IMG/VR virus record: IMGVR_UViG_3300021431_000080
Location: 68,460-132,459 of that record
From: a virus
Taxonomy: Duplodnaviria > Heunggongvirae > Uroviricota > Caudoviricetes
Length of the DNA: 64,000 nucleotides
Direction: 5' to 3' (one strand)
Shown here: one piece after another, positions 53,102-62,890 of the stretch
Layout: each line of letters opens with the position of its first letter
Numbering within the stretch: the first letter of the stretch is position 1
Translations under genes and position numbers: made by a program
The notes under the pieces: model-generated
Told to the model about the DNA's origin: nothing
The model's input: only the letters and a program-made list of their open reading frames with translations
Database searches by the model: none

Positions 53102-53518
53102 ATGAACACAGTTATTGTAAACGGAAGGAGATACAACGTATCCGGCGGCAACGTAAGTGTAATCAACAACAAGGTCTACTGCAACGGAAAACTCATCGAG
53201 GACTTTGACGGAAGCAAGGAGAAGGAGATAAAGATCACGGTTGAGGGAGACGTACAGAAGCTGGAATCGGACTACGGCGATATAACCGTGAACGGCAACG
53301 TTGAGAGGATCGACTCTGACAGTGGAAACATCAATGTCCACGGCTCGTGTGGAAACATAGAGGTCGATGCGGGAAACGTAAAAGTGTCTGGTGATGTTTC
53401 AGGCAACGTCACGACAGATGCTGGCAACATAACCTGCGGCAACGTCGGAGGAAACGTGAACACCGAGATGGGGATCATTTCCTCTGGTGGGTTGTTCGGT
53501 AAATTCAAAAGAAAATGA
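53102..53518 (+). CDS. Beta-helix-like repeat protein (GNV / GDV hexa- to heptapeptide repeats)
   Basis: 138 aa with repeated units NGNVERIDSDSGNINVHGSCGNIEVDAGNVKVSGDVSGNVTTDAGNITCGNVGGNVN. Confidence 0.5.
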   Translation: MNTVIVNGRRYNVSGGNVSVINNKVYCNGKLIEDFDGSKEKEIKITVEGDVQKLESDYGDITVNGNVERIDSDSGNINVHGSCGNIEVDAGNVKVSGDVSGNVTTDAGNITCGNVGGNVNTEMGIISSGGLFGKFKRK

Positions 53519-53519
53519 T

Positions 53520-53951
53520 ATGGACGAGAAGAATCTGATGATCGGCGATATCGTCAAGGGCAAGGACGGCAAAGTCTGCACTGTCCTCGGTGTGTCTGGT
53601 GGGTTTGTGATATTGAGCACGGATCCACACAACCCTCATGAGTGCAGCGAAATTGAACCTGTTCCTTTGACGGAGGAAATAATCAAGATGCTTGACTGGC
53701 GTGAGGTTGTGAAAGGAGAGGATGGGTATGATAAAGATGTCTCATGGATAAGGAAACAGTTCAAGAATATTTGGTATACAAAGACTTTGAATATAAGCGT
53801 CAACACGACGACTGACATGATGTGGATCGTGGGTGGTGAAATATATGTGAAGAACATAAACGATCTACAGCATGTCCTGAGAATGACAGTCAAGGATGAA
53901 ATCATAATAAAGGAAAACGGAGAATTTGCTTTCGATTTCCTTGGAAATTAA
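53520..53951 (+). CDS. Hypothetical protein
   Basis: In-frame ATG just after the previous stop (MDEKNLMIGDIVKGK...). Confidence 0.4.
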   Translation: MDEKNLMIGDIVKGKDGKVCTVLGVSGGFVILSTDPHNPHECSEIEPVPLTEEIIKMLDWREVVKGEDGYDKDVSWIRKQFKNIWYTKTLNISVNTTTDMMWIVGGEIYVKNINDLQHVLRMTVKDEIIIKENGEFAFDFLGN

Positions 53952-53959
53952 TAAAAATC

Positions 53960-54268
53960 ATGATTTTAGCTGAGAAAATGTACAATGAGTATTCTCCTCA
54001 TGGATCCAAGATGATTGAGGAGAACAAGAAGGATGTGTTGGAAAACATAGCTCATTGGATGGGAGAAGGTGACTTGGAGTGTTATTTCGACATAGATCCA
54101 CCGGAAGACTCTGATGGGTCTGACTTCCTTATATATGAGGAAACAATAGATTATTTGAAAAATAACGGTTTTGAAGTGACCGAGAAGCGATTGGAATTCG
54201 ACGGACACCTGATGGCTGTTGTGTCGTGGAAACATCTTAAAGAGAAATATGATGAAGAACTTAGTTAG
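53960..54268 (+). CDS. Hypothetical acidic protein
   Basis: 102 aa. TAG stop, with no sensible read-through frame downstream. Confidence 0.4.
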   Translation: MILAEKMYNEYSPHGSKMIEENKKDVLENIAHWMGEGDLECYFDIDPPEDSDGSDFLIYEETIDYLKNNGFEVTEKRLEFDGHLMAVVSWKHLKEKYDEELS

Positions 54269-54650
54269 AAAATACATAGTAAAGCAGTTTTACAAATCGC
54301 GCAGACCAAGCAGCGAGAAATACATTTTCCTGAGATGGCTTGCGGAGAAAACCAAAGACAGGAAGGAGACAAAGGACGTAATACGTACAATCGCGTATTT
54401 TCTCGAAGAGACGAATATGAACCTTCCTTACACCGACATCTTCCTTGTCGGCAAGAGAGTGTACATAGTCACCGTGAGACCTGGTTTGTGGATAGGTAGA
54501 TATGGATCTACTGCGAACAATCTCCTGAAAAGGATAAACTGCAGCGTGGACGGAACAAAACATTCCGACTATACGATAGATTTCATAGAACCGAAAGATT
54601 CGGCAGTTGAGCTTGTTCTCACGACACAAGCGACATCGTTCAGAAAATAG
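54219..54650 (+). CDS. Hypothetical protein
   Basis: 143-aa ORF. Confidence 0.4.
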   Translation: MCRGNILKRNMMKNLVRKYIVKQFYKSRRPSSEKYIFLRWLAEKTKDRKETKDVIRTIAYFLEETNMNLPYTDIFLVGKRVYIVTVRPGLWIGRYGSTANNLLKRINCSVDGTKHSDYTIDFIEPKDSAVELVLTTQATSFRK

Positions 54651-54657
54651 ATTGACA

Positions 54658-55353
54658 ATGGAAAAGAAACAACACACAATCGTAGTATACGATGAAAACT
54701 ACAACATAGAAAGAAGAATCAAGACAACAAAGAGGCGTGCAGGATTGTATACGGACACAACACCGTATGTCATCGGATGTGTGGCTCTCTTGATCATGAT
54801 TATGCTGCTTGGTGGAGACAGGAACAGATGGCTCCGTGAGTCGAAGCAGCTCTCTGCAAACATTGAAAAAATCGAGAAGGAGAATGAATTGCTCAAGAAT
54901 TCATATGACTCTCTCTTGATAAAGGAGGAGATGTACCAAGTCCATTACTGGATCGGCAAGTACAGTGTGCAGCAGAACACTGAGATTGAAAAGGACAGCC
55001 TCTGCAGTTTCCTTAAGGAATGCGGTATTTGGTATCCTGAGATAATGTTCGCACAGATTGTGCAGGAGAGTACGATGGGCAAGTTTGTCCCAGACGGAAA
55101 CTCGAACAACCTGATAGGAATGAGGTTCCCGACTCGAAGGGAGACGACAGCATACGGCAAGACGGACAGTGGGTATGCCATGTACAAGAACTGGCAGCTT
55201 TGTATATTGGATAAGATCCTCTGGGATTATGCGGTGTTTGGATACAAGAAACCTTCAAGGAAGGAATATGTGTCGAAGCTGCGTGTTTACGCAGAGGATC
55301 CAGAATATATCGGGAAAATAGAGAATATCATCAAAACGCAATACAACAAATAA
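54658..55353 (+). CDS. Membrane-anchored glucosaminidase-family peptidoglycan hydrolase
   Basis: N-terminal TM helix (VIGCVALLIMIMLLG), a coiled-coil, then AQIVQESTMGKFVPDGNSNNLIGMRF, which resembles the FlgJ/glucosaminidase motif. Confidence 0.5.
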   Translation: MEKKQHTIVVYDENYNIERRIKTTKRRAGLYTDTTPYVIGCVALLIMIMLLGGDRNRWLRESKQLSANIEKIEKENELLKNSYDSLLIKEEMYQVHYWIGKYSVQQNTEIEKDSLCSFLKECGIWYPEIMFAQIVQESTMGKFVPDGNSNNLIGMRFPTRRETTAYGKTDSGYAMYKNWQLCILDKILWDYAVFGYKKPSRKEYVSKLRVYAEDPEYIGKIENIIKTQYNK

Positions 55354-55784
55354 TGACATATAAGGCATTTCTGTTTGAACTCGGCAAACCGACTGCCAAC
55401 GGCACAGTGTACAGCCGTGAAGATATGGAGAGGGCAATCGAAGAGTTCAAGAAAGAAGGGAAGCATTTCGGAAAGATTGGTCAGGACTACTGGGAAGATT
55501 TTGATCATCCGACTCCGATGAAGGACTGGAGTCACGAGATTGTCTCCATAGACATCGAGAAAGACAAATACGGAAACGAAAATGTGTTCGGAACAATAGA
55601 CACTCTCGGAACACCGAACGGAAAGATTGTCGAGGAAATAATGGAGCAGTCGGCTTTCGCTATTCGCGGCATCGGTTACACAAGTGAACTTGGTAATGTT
55701 GAAGGACTGAAGATAATTTCCATAGATCTTGTTCCAAGAAACAGCGGATTAGGCGATCAGCATCCGAAGCAAGTCGATGATTAA
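55353..55784 (+). CDS. Hypothetical protein
   Basis: 143-aa ORF. Confidence 0.4.
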   Translation: MTYKAFLFELGKPTANGTVYSREDMERAIEEFKKEGKHFGKIGQDYWEDFDHPTPMKDWSHEIVSIDIEKDKYGNENVFGTIDTLGTPNGKIVEEIMEQSAFAIRGIGYTSELGNVEGLKIISIDLVPRNSGLGDQHPKQVDD

Positions 55785-56376
55785 AACGGATATTCAAAAA
55801 ATAAACGAGATGAATCTTAGTAAGTTTAGTGAGAAAATGAAACAGTATGGTTCTACTGTGTACAATCTCGGATATCCTCATTTGAGACAGGGACAGAGTA
55901 TAGTCATAGCTGCCTGCAAAATATTCGGCACAAAAGCAGACGGAATGGTGAACGATTGTTTCTACAACGACGGCAAAATAAACTCATACATAGAGGAACT
56001 ATACAGGAGAGTTGGTGAGAAATACAAGTTTCCAAAAAACATGCCGAATGTAAAAGATAATGAGTATTGGAAACCTGCCATCCCACCGAATATCGAAGAT
56101 CTGGTAAAGGAGTTCCTCACATGTGGAGGTATTATTACTGGGGTTTACTACAACGGAAGAAATCTGGAATATGAACTAAGCGGGTTCGCAAAATCTGGAA
56201 ACGGAATACTTACAAAAGACGAGAAGGGGAATGTCATATTGAAGACAAGATATAACACCGTCGATGAGATATGGAGCTTCGAAGACATAGTCGACGTGTC
56301 GAACCGTTGGGCATATGATTACAGAGATCAGTACAATAAAGATCGATGGGCTGAAAATTATTTAAATAAACAATAA
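55777..56376 (+). CDS. Hypothetical protein
   Basis: 199-aa ORF. Confidence 0.4.
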   Translation: MIKTDIQKINEMNLSKFSEKMKQYGSTVYNLGYPHLRQGQSIVIAACKIFGTKADGMVNDCFYNDGKINSYIEELYRRVGEKYKFPKNMPNVKDNEYWKPAIPPNIEDLVKEFLTCGGIITGVYYNGRNLEYELSGFAKSGNGILTKDEKGNVILKTRYNTVDEIWSFEDIVDVSNRWAYDYRDQYNKDRWAENYLNKQ

Positions 56377-56380
56377 ACAT

Positions 56381-56656
56381 ATGAAAAAGATTCTTGGATT
56401 TTTTGCAATTGTTGCTACAACCGTGATGATGCTATCGATGACATCATGTCAGTCGTGTACGAGACATACAGGAGGAACAACAACCATAAACCTTGAGAAA
56501 GGCGAAAAGCTTGTGGAGGCTACATTGAAAGATGACAACATCTGGTATCTCGTAGAGCCGATGGAGGAAGGATATGCCCCGAAGACGAAAGTCTTTAAGG
56601 AAAGTTCCAACCTCGGTATTATCGAAGGAAAAGTAATCTTTGTGGAGAGCAGGTAA
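56381..56656 (+). CDS. Small lipoprotein
   Basis: Signal peptide plus lipobox (LSMTSC). Confidence 0.45.
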   Translation: MKKILGFFAIVATTVMMLSMTSCQSCTRHTGGTTTINLEKGEKLVEATLKDDNIWYLVEPMEEGYAPKTKVFKESSNLGIIEGKVIFVESR

Positions 56657-56657
56657 C

Positions 56658-56940
56658 ATGGAGAAACTGAAGGAGTATCTGAACGCATATGCTCATGTCT
56701 ACAAAGGACACTATCTTCCTGTTGACTGCAGAATGATGTGGAAAAAATTTTTGGGAAGATGTTGGAAAAGACTATGAGGCGGAAACAAAAGTCTTCATCG
56801 AACGGTTCAAGGAATTTTGCAGCAAAGGTCTCCCGTTCTTCGCGATAGGGTTATTTCCTGACTATAAAAAAGAACTGTTCGACAAGAACATGAAAATTGT
56901 AACAGAATATGAATCAAAACATCCTGAGTTGTTCAAATGA
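56658..56940 (+). pseudogene. Gene with a +1 frameshift at an A6T5 homopolymer (or programmed frameshift / sequencing indel)
   Basis: Frame A (MEKLKEYLNAYAHVYKGHYLPVDCRMMWKK...) stops at 56775. Frame +1 continues as coherent protein (DVGKDYEAETKVFIERFKEFCSKGLPFFAIGLFPDYKKELF...) with no start codon for 60 codons. The junction lies at AAAAAATTTTT (56742-56752). Confidence 0.4.
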
Positions 56941-57407
56941 AAAAACACGAGCTTTCAGTTGGTGACTGTGTGTTCTTCGACTTCAACTATCTCGAAGATG
57001 ATCCGATGTACTCGAAGGAGAATTTCTGTCCTTACAAGATAGCGTATGGTGAGGACATAGACCGTGCAGAGGAGAAGACATGGTGTGGCAACGACATCTA
57101 CCAGCCGATTCCGATAAATGTCGCGATTCTTTTGGAGAACGGATATAAGTATGACGAACTGACGCATGGTTGGTATGACAAGACGGGAAGAGTGAGAGTC
57201 TCTGTTCCAGACTATCCGAACACCAACAGGGGATGGCTTGTCCACGTCGATACCGAGGACATGGACACAATGGCTATGTTCGAGATTGCATATGTTCATC
57301 AGCTTCAGCATATCTTGAGGATGTGCGACATGGAATCTGATTTTGAAATATCAGAAAACACACCCTGTATCTCTACAGATAAACATAAAGACGAAGAAAA
57401 TGAGTGA
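56937..57407 (+). CDS. Hypothetical protein
   Basis: 156-aa ORF. Confidence 0.4.
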   Translation: MKKHELSVGDCVFFDFNYLEDDPMYSKENFCPYKIAYGEDIDRAEEKTWCGNDIYQPIPINVAILLENGYKYDELTHGWYDKTGRVRVSVPDYPNTNRGWLVHVDTEDMDTMAMFEIAYVHQLQHILRMCDMESDFEISENTPCISTDKHKDEENE

Positions 57408-57870
57408 TGAGTACAGAACAAGGCTTATTCCAATTTGGATATCTGAAATAGGTGATCTTTCTCTGCGTAGGGACAATTGCCTTGTCCAGATGAAATTCTG
57501 TCAAGGCATTGGTAATGAAATATTTGACGTGTATGTTCCTGCAACTGTCGTAGACAATGGAAACGGATCATACGATCTTGTGTTCTACAAGACAGAGATT
57601 GTCAACGGAAAGGTTGAATATTACACGAGAGTGTGCAGATATAACAAAGACAACCTTCCGTCATTGTACAATATCGATTCAATCAAATGGTTCGACTACT
57701 GCAAGATAAGAGACGGATATCTTGTGAAGTACAACGATGAGGAACACGAGATGGAACCGATAATTGATGTTTGGAGAACAAGTATATCACGCACCGAATT
57801 CATTAAATGGATCAATTTGTTCGACGACTGGAGAAGAGCCGAAACAAAAAAAGACAATATTATTCCGTAA
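57400..57870 (+). CDS. Hypothetical protein
   Basis: ATG overlapping the upstream stop (MSDEYRTRLIP...). Confidence 0.4.
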   Translation: MSDEYRTRLIPIWISEIGDLSLRRDNCLVQMKFCQGIGNEIFDVYVPATVVDNGNGSYDLVFYKTEIVNGKVEYYTRVCRYNKDNLPSLYNIDSIKWFDYCKIRDGYLVKYNDEEHEMEPIIDVWRTSISRTEFIKWINLFDDWRRAETKKDNIIP

Positions 57871-57893
57871 GATATTTTCTTTTTATAAAATTT

Positions 57894-57913
57894 ATCAGTA
57901 TCTTTGCAGTATG
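57894..57913 (+). promoter_or_regulatory. Conserved promoter motif copy
   Basis: ATCAGTATCTTTGCAGTATG. Confidence 0.5.
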
Positions 57914-58060
57914 ATAGGAAAAAATATAGATGTCGATGATGTGTACTAGTACGTAAAACGACTGCACAAGGAATATGGTGAGATAAAGGTTCCGAGAAGA
58001 AGATTCTTCCTTTTCTCTGAGCCAGACTATTGTGGCGAGAACTTCAAGGACGGAAGACTT

Positions 58061-58384
58061 ATGGGATACAGAGATGTAATGAATTTTATCAGCAAGAATG
58101 ATTTTGATACAATCCTGACTCCTGAGATTCTAGAGAAAAACGGATTCGAGAAATATTACGATGAAGGTACGAAAGGCTCATGGATAACAATGTGGACTTC
58201 CATTGGGCCAGACGGAAACGGAGACATAGAGATTGAGTTCAGAGACGACAATGAAATTAATGTCAAGATAGACACGGCAGGATCAAGATGCCTTGGATCC
58301 TATGTAACCACACAGAGCATAAAGTTTGTCGGACAACTTAACACTCTGTTTGAGGTTATTGGAGTAGACAAGAAGATAAAATGA
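58061..58384 (+). CDS. Hypothetical protein (possibly N-terminally extended to 57911 through an in-frame TAG)
   Basis: 107-aa ORF. The same frame is open back to the ATG at 57911, with a single TAG at 57947. Confidence 0.4.
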   Translation: MGYRDVMNFISKNDFDTILTPEILEKNGFEKYYDEGTKGSWITMWTSIGPDGNGDIEIEFRDDNEINVKIDTAGSRCLGSYVTTQSIKFVGQLNTLFEVIGVDKKIK

Positions 58385-58713
58385 TAGGGAATTTATACAG
58401 CAAGGAAGCCTTAGTTGAGGCGATGAAGAGGATAAGCGGAATGTTTTCCGAATACTACAAGTATACGACTATGTTTGTATTCGGATTCTCAGACAAGGTT
58501 CCTGAAGACAAGATTTGGCTTGTAGACAAGATTTGTACACAGGACGAAAAGAGGGTGTTCCTTATGAAGCCTGACGGAATTGTCCACAAGAAGATCCTTG
58601 AAATTGAGAACGAACACAATATAAAATTTGACAGACCAAGCGAGATTACAAAACGTATATTAATCTCTCTTGGATTCACACCGACAGACGAATCAAATAA
58701 ATCAATAAAATGA
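58381..58713 (+). CDS. Hypothetical protein
   Basis: 110-aa ORF. Confidence 0.4.
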   Translation: MIGNLYSKEALVEAMKRISGMFSEYYKYTTMFVFGFSDKVPEDKIWLVDKICTQDEKRVFLMKPDGIVHKKILEIENEHNIKFDRPSEITKRILISLGFTPTDESNKSIK

Positions 58714-58931
58714 AATTGCAACTTTGCATAGACGTAGACAGGTACGAGAGAAAGCCTCTGTACACAGTTAGTCTGAACGACATAGACGAAGCAGTGAACT
58801 TTCATTCCTACAACTGTATCTTCTTCGAACAGGGGAATGATCTTCAACAGCTTATTGAAAAAGTGAAACAATGTCCTGAGGTTGTCGAGAACAATCTCGA
58901 AATAAAGGATTTGCTTGGGTTTAACATATAA
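58710..58931 (+). CDS. Hypothetical protein
   Basis: 73-aa ORF. Confidence 0.35.
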   Translation: MKLQLCIDVDRYERKPLYTVSLNDIDEAVNFHSYNCIFFEQGNDLQQLIEKVKQCPEVVENNLEIKDLLGFNI

Positions 58932-58942
58932 ACATATAAACA

Positions 58943-59587
58943 ATGGGTCTTGATATAACAGTGCATCGGATCACTAAAACTCCGAACACGGAAGGCGATT
59001 ACTTCCAGCTTGTCGATGATGACGGAAACTACAAAAACAATTTTCCGGAATGGACGAAAGAGTTCGAACAAAAGATTGTAGAGCATTGGTACGACTTCGA
59101 AAAGTACAAAGAGATTACAGGAGTCGATCTTAATGACTACGTCACCGACGTGGAGAGTTATAGTGGCAAGGACGACAGCTACATGATCGTACATCACAAA
59201 GATGTCGAGCTTCCTGAGTGGGATGGCAAGGGTGATTATGAGACATACAAAGCTGAAAGAAAGAAACTTCAGCTGAAAATCTACTTCAAGGATATACCTA
59301 CGATGGAGCACGAAACTTCAGTCTTGTACTATGAGGAAACAGGATACCAGAGGAAAGGACTCAACGGAAAGTTCTACGATGACTACACAGATGGAAAAAT
59401 CGGATATTTCGTGTGGTCTCTCGACGAACTCAAATGGTACAAAGAGGAATACTGCGACGATCCTCACAAGTATGTCTATCCTAACGGAGACGAATCCGAT
59501 ATAATGATGTATCCGAAAGATGACTTCCAGAAGAACATTATCGACAAGTTCGTAGAGGGTGAGTGTGTTGTAACATTCAGTTGGTAA
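58943..59587 (+). CDS. Hypothetical acidic protein
   Basis: 214-aa ORF. Confidence 0.45.
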   Translation: MGLDITVHRITKTPNTEGDYFQLVDDDGNYKNNFPEWTKEFEQKIVEHWYDFEKYKEITGVDLNDYVTDVESYSGKDDSYMIVHHKDVELPEWDGKGDYETYKAERKKLQLKIYFKDIPTMEHETSVLYYEETGYQRKGLNGKFYDDYTDGKIGYFVWSLDELKWYKEEYCDDPHKYVYPNGDESDIMMYPKDDFQKNIIDKFVEGECVVTFSW

Positions 59588-59589
59588 TG

Positions 59590-60208
59590 GAACATAAAAA
59601 GAAATTCGAGGAACTTAAAAAATGTCTGGAATCACCTGCGTATTTCATAAACAATTACTGCAGGATAAAGACAAAGTTAGGTAAGGAAGTTCCATTCAGA
59701 AAGTTCACGGACGATGAAGTCTTGCTTGTTAGTGAAAGAATTAGAGCTATTTCAACTTTGGGATTCAGACGTAGACTACGGATTCCATCCGAATTCCAAA
59801 GAGAAACTTCATTTCAAGCACAAGAAAAGTGGAACAAACGATGGAGAAATAAAGATGGAAAGAAAAACCTGTGATCACATATTCAAATTCAGAATCTATC
59901 TCGACAACGAGATCTCGACATCAGAGAGAATTATCAAGACAAATGTTGATTTCTTCGAGAAAGCCGAGAAGAAAATAGATCAAGAAGGACTTACGATAGA
60001 CGAATATGGATACAAAAAACTCGATATTGCTGAGGACATGGTCGAGGAACTTGTGTTCACGAAGGATGAGATCCAGAAACTGAAGGAAGAACTCTGTAAA
60101 AGGATAATGGAATCAGAGAATCCGTTCAACATATGCTGTGTCGATCTTGACGGCGGATACTATTATGAGGACGGTGAATTGTTGGAAGACAAAATAAAAA
60201 TAGAGTGA
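59590..60208 (+). CDS. Hypothetical protein, apparently read in two frames (59590-59874 and 59714-60208): possible frameshift
   Basis: The two overlapping ORFs are each protein-like outside the overlap. In the 59714-59874 overlap the upstream frame becomes Arg-rich junk while the downstream frame stays coherent. Confidence 0.3.
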
Positions 60209-60209
60209 T

Positions 60210-60653
60210 ATGCTTAACGATAACTTAAACGGAATTATCAAGGATTTGCCCTTGAACAAGATGACGGACGAACTCAATGTTGTCCGCTCAATAAAGAACG
60301 AATTTGTAAATTACACAAAGGAAGGAAAGACTCTGACCGAAGCAGACGAGGTTAAAATCCTCATGAAGATGAAAGCACAACGCGAGGATTCAATCCGCCA
60401 GTACAAGGAAGGTGGCAGGATGGATCTTGTGGAGGCAGAGGAAAAGGAACTCGGAATCCTGATGAAGTACATCCCAGAACAACCAACAGACGAGCAGATT
60501 GAGAAATACACGGAACAGGTTATTTCAGACATTATCAGCGAGAAGGGTTCTGTAACCGTCCGTGGCACAAAGGATGTTATGTCCAAAGTTCAAGGAATGT
60601 ATCCAACCGCAAGCGGCAAGATTGTGTCTGCTGTAATCAGAAAGCATTGTTAA
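60210..60653 (+). CDS. GatB/YqeY-domain protein
   Basis: 147 aa. The architecture and motifs (..REDSIRQYKEGGRMDLVEAEEKELGIL..YIPEQ..DEQIEKYTEQVI...) match the YqeY family. Confidence 0.6.
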   Translation: MLNDNLNGIIKDLPLNKMTDELNVVRSIKNEFVNYTKEGKTLTEADEVKILMKMKAQREDSIRQYKEGGRMDLVEAEEKELGILMKYIPEQPTDEQIEKYTEQVISDIISEKGSVTVRGTKDVMSKVQGMYPTASGKIVSAVIRKHC

Positions 60654-60654
60654 A

Positions 60655-60858
60655 ATGAGACCTGGAGATCTGCAAATTGGAGATTGTGCCATTGTACATG
60701 GCTATGGTCGATTTCATGAATGGAAACGTGACATGGTTATGGTTGTGACGAGTATCGATTTCTCCGTTGTCGGTCGTGCTGAAGTGGATGATCACAATGT
60801 GATGAAGCATTCGACGATTCTGCTGTCTCAGATAGAGCCGATCCCGTTTTTACTATAG
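60655..60858 (+). CDS. Hypothetical small protein
   Basis: 67-aa ORF with a TAG stop. Confidence 0.3.
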   Translation: MRPGDLQIGDCAIVHGYGRFHEWKRDMVMVVTSIDFSVVGRAEVDDHNVMKHSTILLSQIEPIPFLL

Positions 60859-61059
60859 AGTTTTTGAAAAGAACTTTCCAGAGTACGAAGAAGGATATGG
60901 GATCGGGTGGTGACATGAGAGTGCTGATTGCGATGAGTCGAAAGGATTTATGATTGAATTCAGGAATGACAATATTGAATTAATAATGCGAAATGTACAT
61001 TATGTTCACGAGGTTCAGCATATTGTGAAGATGGGTGGGTTGCAAAAAGATATCAAATC

Positions 61060-61440
61060 ATGAATAAAGGAAAAGATATTTTGAATCCAGACGTAACTCT
61101 TATAAGTATGACCGGTGTTCTTGTCAGTAGGGAAACAAAGAACATAATAGATCAGCCTATCATTGTAAGGTTCAAGGATGGTGTCGTTGTAGAGTATCCA
61201 GAGCCTGTCCTGAAATCCGATATTGTATTGGATGATGTAAAGTTCTTTCTGAAAGACAAGTTTGGATTCAACTTTTCGCTGCATAATATAGTGATAAGGA
61301 TAACTGAGATTCTTGTTGAAACCAGCGTCTATGAAAACGATCCAATCTTCGGTGTCAGAAAAGACAGCAGGATTGTCAGTGTCAGCATGACGATGGTTCC
61401 AGATTATTCAATCATTGAGTTTTCGAATGAAGCCGAATGA
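61060..61440 (+). CDS. Hypothetical protein
   Basis: 126-aa ORF. Confidence 0.4.
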   Translation: MNKGKDILNPDVTLISMTGVLVSRETKNIIDQPIIVRFKDGVVVEYPEPVLKSDIVLDDVKFFLKDKFGFNFSLHNIVIRITEILVETSVYENDPIFGVRKDSRIVSVSMTMVPDYSIIEFSNEAE

Positions 61441-62095
61441 AATAGCAGACATATTGTTATCTAGAAAAATAGATTGTTTTCCAAGAGGATCTGTTGTATA
61501 TGGCACATACGAGGAAGGTGTCTCTGATTGTGATTATTTGGTTGTTGTCGATGATTCATGCAATACAATATTATCTGACTATCAAAAAGGGGAATTTCGG
61601 TTTGAAATAATAGATGCTTGCCAATTATATAAACGCAAAATCGATTATATGTTTGTAACACAGGCAAATTTTATTACATCGGTAAGAAACAATGAGATTG
61701 ATAGATTGGAATGTTTGTTCTCAAAGACAGGTAAATATTATTCCACAATGTTCATTCTCGATAAATGGAAACTCAGAAAATCAGTATCGTCGATATGCAG
61801 CAACTCGTGGGTAAAAGCTAAAAAGAAACTCACTGTGGGAGAAGACTACAATCTAAGGATTGCGCAGAAATCGTTGTGGCATTCATTGAGAATCTACATG
61901 TTCGGAATACAGGTTGCAAGGTGTGGATCTATTGTTGATTTTTCTGAAGCCAATTATCTGTGGGATGAGATAAAGAACGAGCCGAATCCTGTGTGGGACG
62001 TATACTATGCGAAATACAAGCCTCTGTTCAACAAACTTCGTTCGGAATTGGTTGAACTTTGCGAAAGACCTAAATTTGATTTTCAACTTAACTGA
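61415..62095 (+). CDS. Minimal nucleotidyltransferase-fold protein (Pol-beta superfamily)
   Basis: RGSVVYGTYEEGVSDCDYLVVVD matches the GS-x(9-13)-DxD nucleotidyltransferase motif. Confidence 0.45.
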   Translation: MSFRMKPNEIADILLSRKIDCFPRGSVVYGTYEEGVSDCDYLVVVDDSCNTILSDYQKGEFRFEIIDACQLYKRKIDYMFVTQANFITSVRNNEIDRLECLFSKTGKYYSTMFILDKWKLRKSVSSICSNSWVKAKKKLTVGEDYNLRIAQKSLWHSLRIYMFGIQVARCGSIVDFSEANYLWDEIKNEPNPVWDVYYAKYKPLFNKLRSELVELCERPKFDFQLN

Positions 62096-62101
62096 AAAAT
62101 A

Positions 62102-62121
62102 AGTATCTTTGCAGTAACAAA
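62102..62121 (+). promoter_or_regulatory. Conserved promoter motif variant
   Basis: AAGTATCTTTGCAGTAACAA, upstream of 62133. Confidence 0.45.
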
Positions 62122-62132
62122 TATTATACAAT

Positions 62133-62348
62133 ATGGGAACAACTATTACGGTTGATATAGATCTTGACGACAACTTCTCGAACCTTTCCACAAAAGATCA
62201 AAAGAAGTTCCTCGTCGATCATATTTCGGATCTCAGCGTGAGTGAAATTGTTCATGAACTTGATGTTGATTCCATTCTTGACGAGATTGGATATTATGAC
62301 ATCATCAAATACCTCAACGACAGAGGTTTCACAGTAACCGAGGATTAA
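62133..62348 (+). CDS. Hypothetical acidic protein
   Basis: 71-aa ORF. Confidence 0.35.
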   Translation: MGTTITVDIDLDDNFSNLSTKDQKKFLVDHISDLSVSEIVHELDVDSILDEIGYYDIIKYLNDRGFTVTED

Positions 62349-62364
62349 AACAAAATATAATACC

Positions 62365-62676
62365 ATGAAAGAGAAGTGGATAGGAAACATACATTTCGTG
62401 TTCTATAAGAATTTTGATATCCAGATTCTTCCCTCAATAAACATCATACCGAAATGTGAGTCGCATCACAAGGAAGTCATATTCGGGTTTCTGAGATGCA
62501 GGGTATGTGTGTTTAAGGATACCGAGCGCCTTGAGGTAAGGGGGAACAATTTCGAAATGATCGCCAAGATAAGGCTCGCCCTTACTGATGTACCAGAATC
62601 GAGATTTGACATGATGGAGACATCACTGAAGGAAGTATATGAATGGTTCGACACATTAAAACTTAGACTGTATTGA
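62365..62676 (+). CDS. Hypothetical protein
   Basis: 103-aa ORF. Confidence 0.35.
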   Translation: MKEKWIGNIHFVFYKNFDIQILPSINIIPKCESHHKEVIFGFLRCRVCVFKDTERLEVRGNNFEMIAKIRLALTDVPESRFDMMETSLKEVYEWFDTLKLRLY

Positions 62677-62677
62677 A

Positions 62678-62890
62678 ATGACACACTTCAAAGTAACAAG
62701 AAAAGCAATCACGGATGGAAATACAACCAGAGAGGTTTTCAACGTCTTCTACGGAATAAGGGGGATTTTCAAGATGAAATGGTACAGAGATGGAGAGGAC
62801 ATGACCATCGACGAAGTCCTCAATTATTTTAAGCCATGGATGGGCTGCACACACGTCAAAATATATGTGGCTGGTGTCGAAAACAAATAA
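62678..62890 (+). CDS. Hypothetical protein
   Basis: 70-aa ORF with an ATGA overlap. Confidence 0.35.
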   Translation: MTHFKVTRKAITDGNTTREVFNVFYGIRGIFKMKWYRDGEDMTIDEVLNYFKPWMGCTHVKIYVAGVENK

